NCBI GenBank assembly: GCA_051362555.1
Contig: CM120642.1
Span: 30,752,001 to 30,816,000 of the forward strand
DNA length: 64,000 nucleotides
Direction of reading: 5' to 3'
DNA from: Lingula anatina
Taxonomy: Eukaryota; Animalia; Brachiopoda
Shown: positions 62,711-64,000 of the stretch, one piece after another
How positions within the stretch are numbered: the first letter of the stretch is position 1
Layout of the letters: each line of letters opens with the position of its first letter
Notes under the pieces: generated by a model
Seen by the model: only the letters and a program-made list of their open reading frames with translations
Told to the model about the DNA's origin: nothing
The model's database searches: none
Position numbers and translations under genes: made by a program

Positions 62711-63184
62711 AATTTTCAAATTAAGTTGAATTTAAAAATTGAATTAACGTTGATATATCAATTAGGCTATCAGGATATTTGATTGAAATTTGCCTGATGG
62801 CTGAAGGTGTTCTCCAAGATATCAAGCATTTCTTGAAATAAAAAGACTCAGATCTGAAAAGGGGGGAAATAAGGAAAATTACCTACAAAAAAAGGTAATT
62901 CCGAAAGAAAAGGGGGGGGGGGTCAGACCCCGGGACCGGCCCCTGTATCCACCTATGGGTCGTCAGATTCTTTTTAAACTTTCCAGTTTGATGCTCAGTG
63001 TTACGGACCAAAACAGCCCGAACATAAAAAAACACAAACAACAACTAATTTAACTATGAATATAATATATTACAAACAACGAACATACACTACATACACT
63101 AACTACATGTAATACTATCATGTTGCATAAACTTTAACATTTGTCAAATACAGTTAAATTCTAACAGATTCGTAGACAGTTAAG

Positions 63185-63318
63185 TTTTGAATACGCAATG
63201 TCACAGTTTTACGAGTCCTTTTCTGTTGAACGTTCCTCCTGATAGTGTGGGGTTTTGAAGACGCAATGTCACCGTTTTCCATGTCCTTATCTGTTGAACG
63301 ATCCTCCTGATAGTGTGG
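63185..63318. repeat. 68-bp diverged tandem duplication
   Basis: TTTTGAA.ACGCAATGTCAC...CTGTTGAACG.TCCTCCTGATAGTGTGG at 63185 and 63253. Confidence 0.85.
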
Positions 63319-63537
63319 CCTCACAGAGTACTGTTAATAAAGTACAGTTTTTGTACTGTAAAAGTGTTACACACTGTCCACACTCACGTGTTGCATCAGT
63401 TCATGTTATCCGGAGTCTCGCACTTAATAACAGTCCCGCACTTAATTTACATTATACAAGTATGCAGGCACATACGGTAATTACTCATAAAAATTAAACA
63501 ACAAATTAGCTTTACTAAAATAATTATAACGTCACAT

Positions 63538-63740
63538 CAGGTAGTTAAGATAATTTTAAGAATACAAAAACAAAGGGTCACCAGTCTAATTTTTTCTCAC
63601 AGCTAACTTGAATTTCCAGAAAAACAGGCATTTTTGGCTTTTTCAAGCTTTTTCTTCAACCTTGAGTAAATTTTGTCAATTTGCCATAAAGTAAGGGTGG
63701 TGACCCTATGTTTTTTTTTCTTTTTCTTAAAGATAACCTG
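63538..63740. repeat. Small degenerate inverted-repeat element
   Basis: CAGGT..TTTAAGAA..AAAAACAAAGGGTCACCA (63538-63583) matches the reverse complement of 63698-63740 imperfectly; no TSD identified. Confidence 0.4.
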
Positions 63741-64000
63741 AACATCAAATCTGGAAAGTTAAAAAAAAAAAATGACGATCGCTTTTTTTCACTAAATTAA
63801 TTTTAATGAAAAGGGGGTAAAACAAGCGTTTTATGAGGGGTAATTACCCCTATGCATACCTCTCTAGTGAGATAATCATTTAAAACTATTATCAAGGTTA
63901 TGATTAAGGTTATAAATAAAGTTAAGGTTGACCCAATGTTGAGATCCAGTTGATATGTCAACATTGACAAAGAGTTTACAAACACAGGTTGATTCAATGT

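Overview
AT-rich, intron-rich animal (probably invertebrate) genomic DNA; the species cannot be determined from the sequence. From left to right: (1) the 5' exons of an unidentified minus-strand gene that runs off the window; (2) a 12-exon, ~575-aa type I membrane protein with an 'SHFxGxTIxW' (Sib/integrin-beta-like) ectodomain and one EGF repeat; (3) an 8-exon glycine-receptor-like Cys-loop chloride channel subunit. Its 10.4-kb first intron holds a 5'-truncated RTE-X-like LINE (esterase ORF1, intact ORF2) inserted into the right TIR of a MITE. (4) A 16-exon, ~946-aa POT1 with an extra N-terminal OB fold and no HJRL insert, convergent with WDR46. (5) A tandem array from 32068 onward whose breakpoints lie inside a POT1 exon and a WDR46 exon. 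It leaves frameshifted WDR46 3' halves, an intact-frame 3-OB POT1 copy whose only in-frame upstream ATG lies in antisense WDR46 sequence, and a third copy cut off by a palindromic 109-bp tandem repeat. All gene models were spliced by hand from GT-AG sites and phase consistency, and family assignments come from remembered motifs, not database searches.
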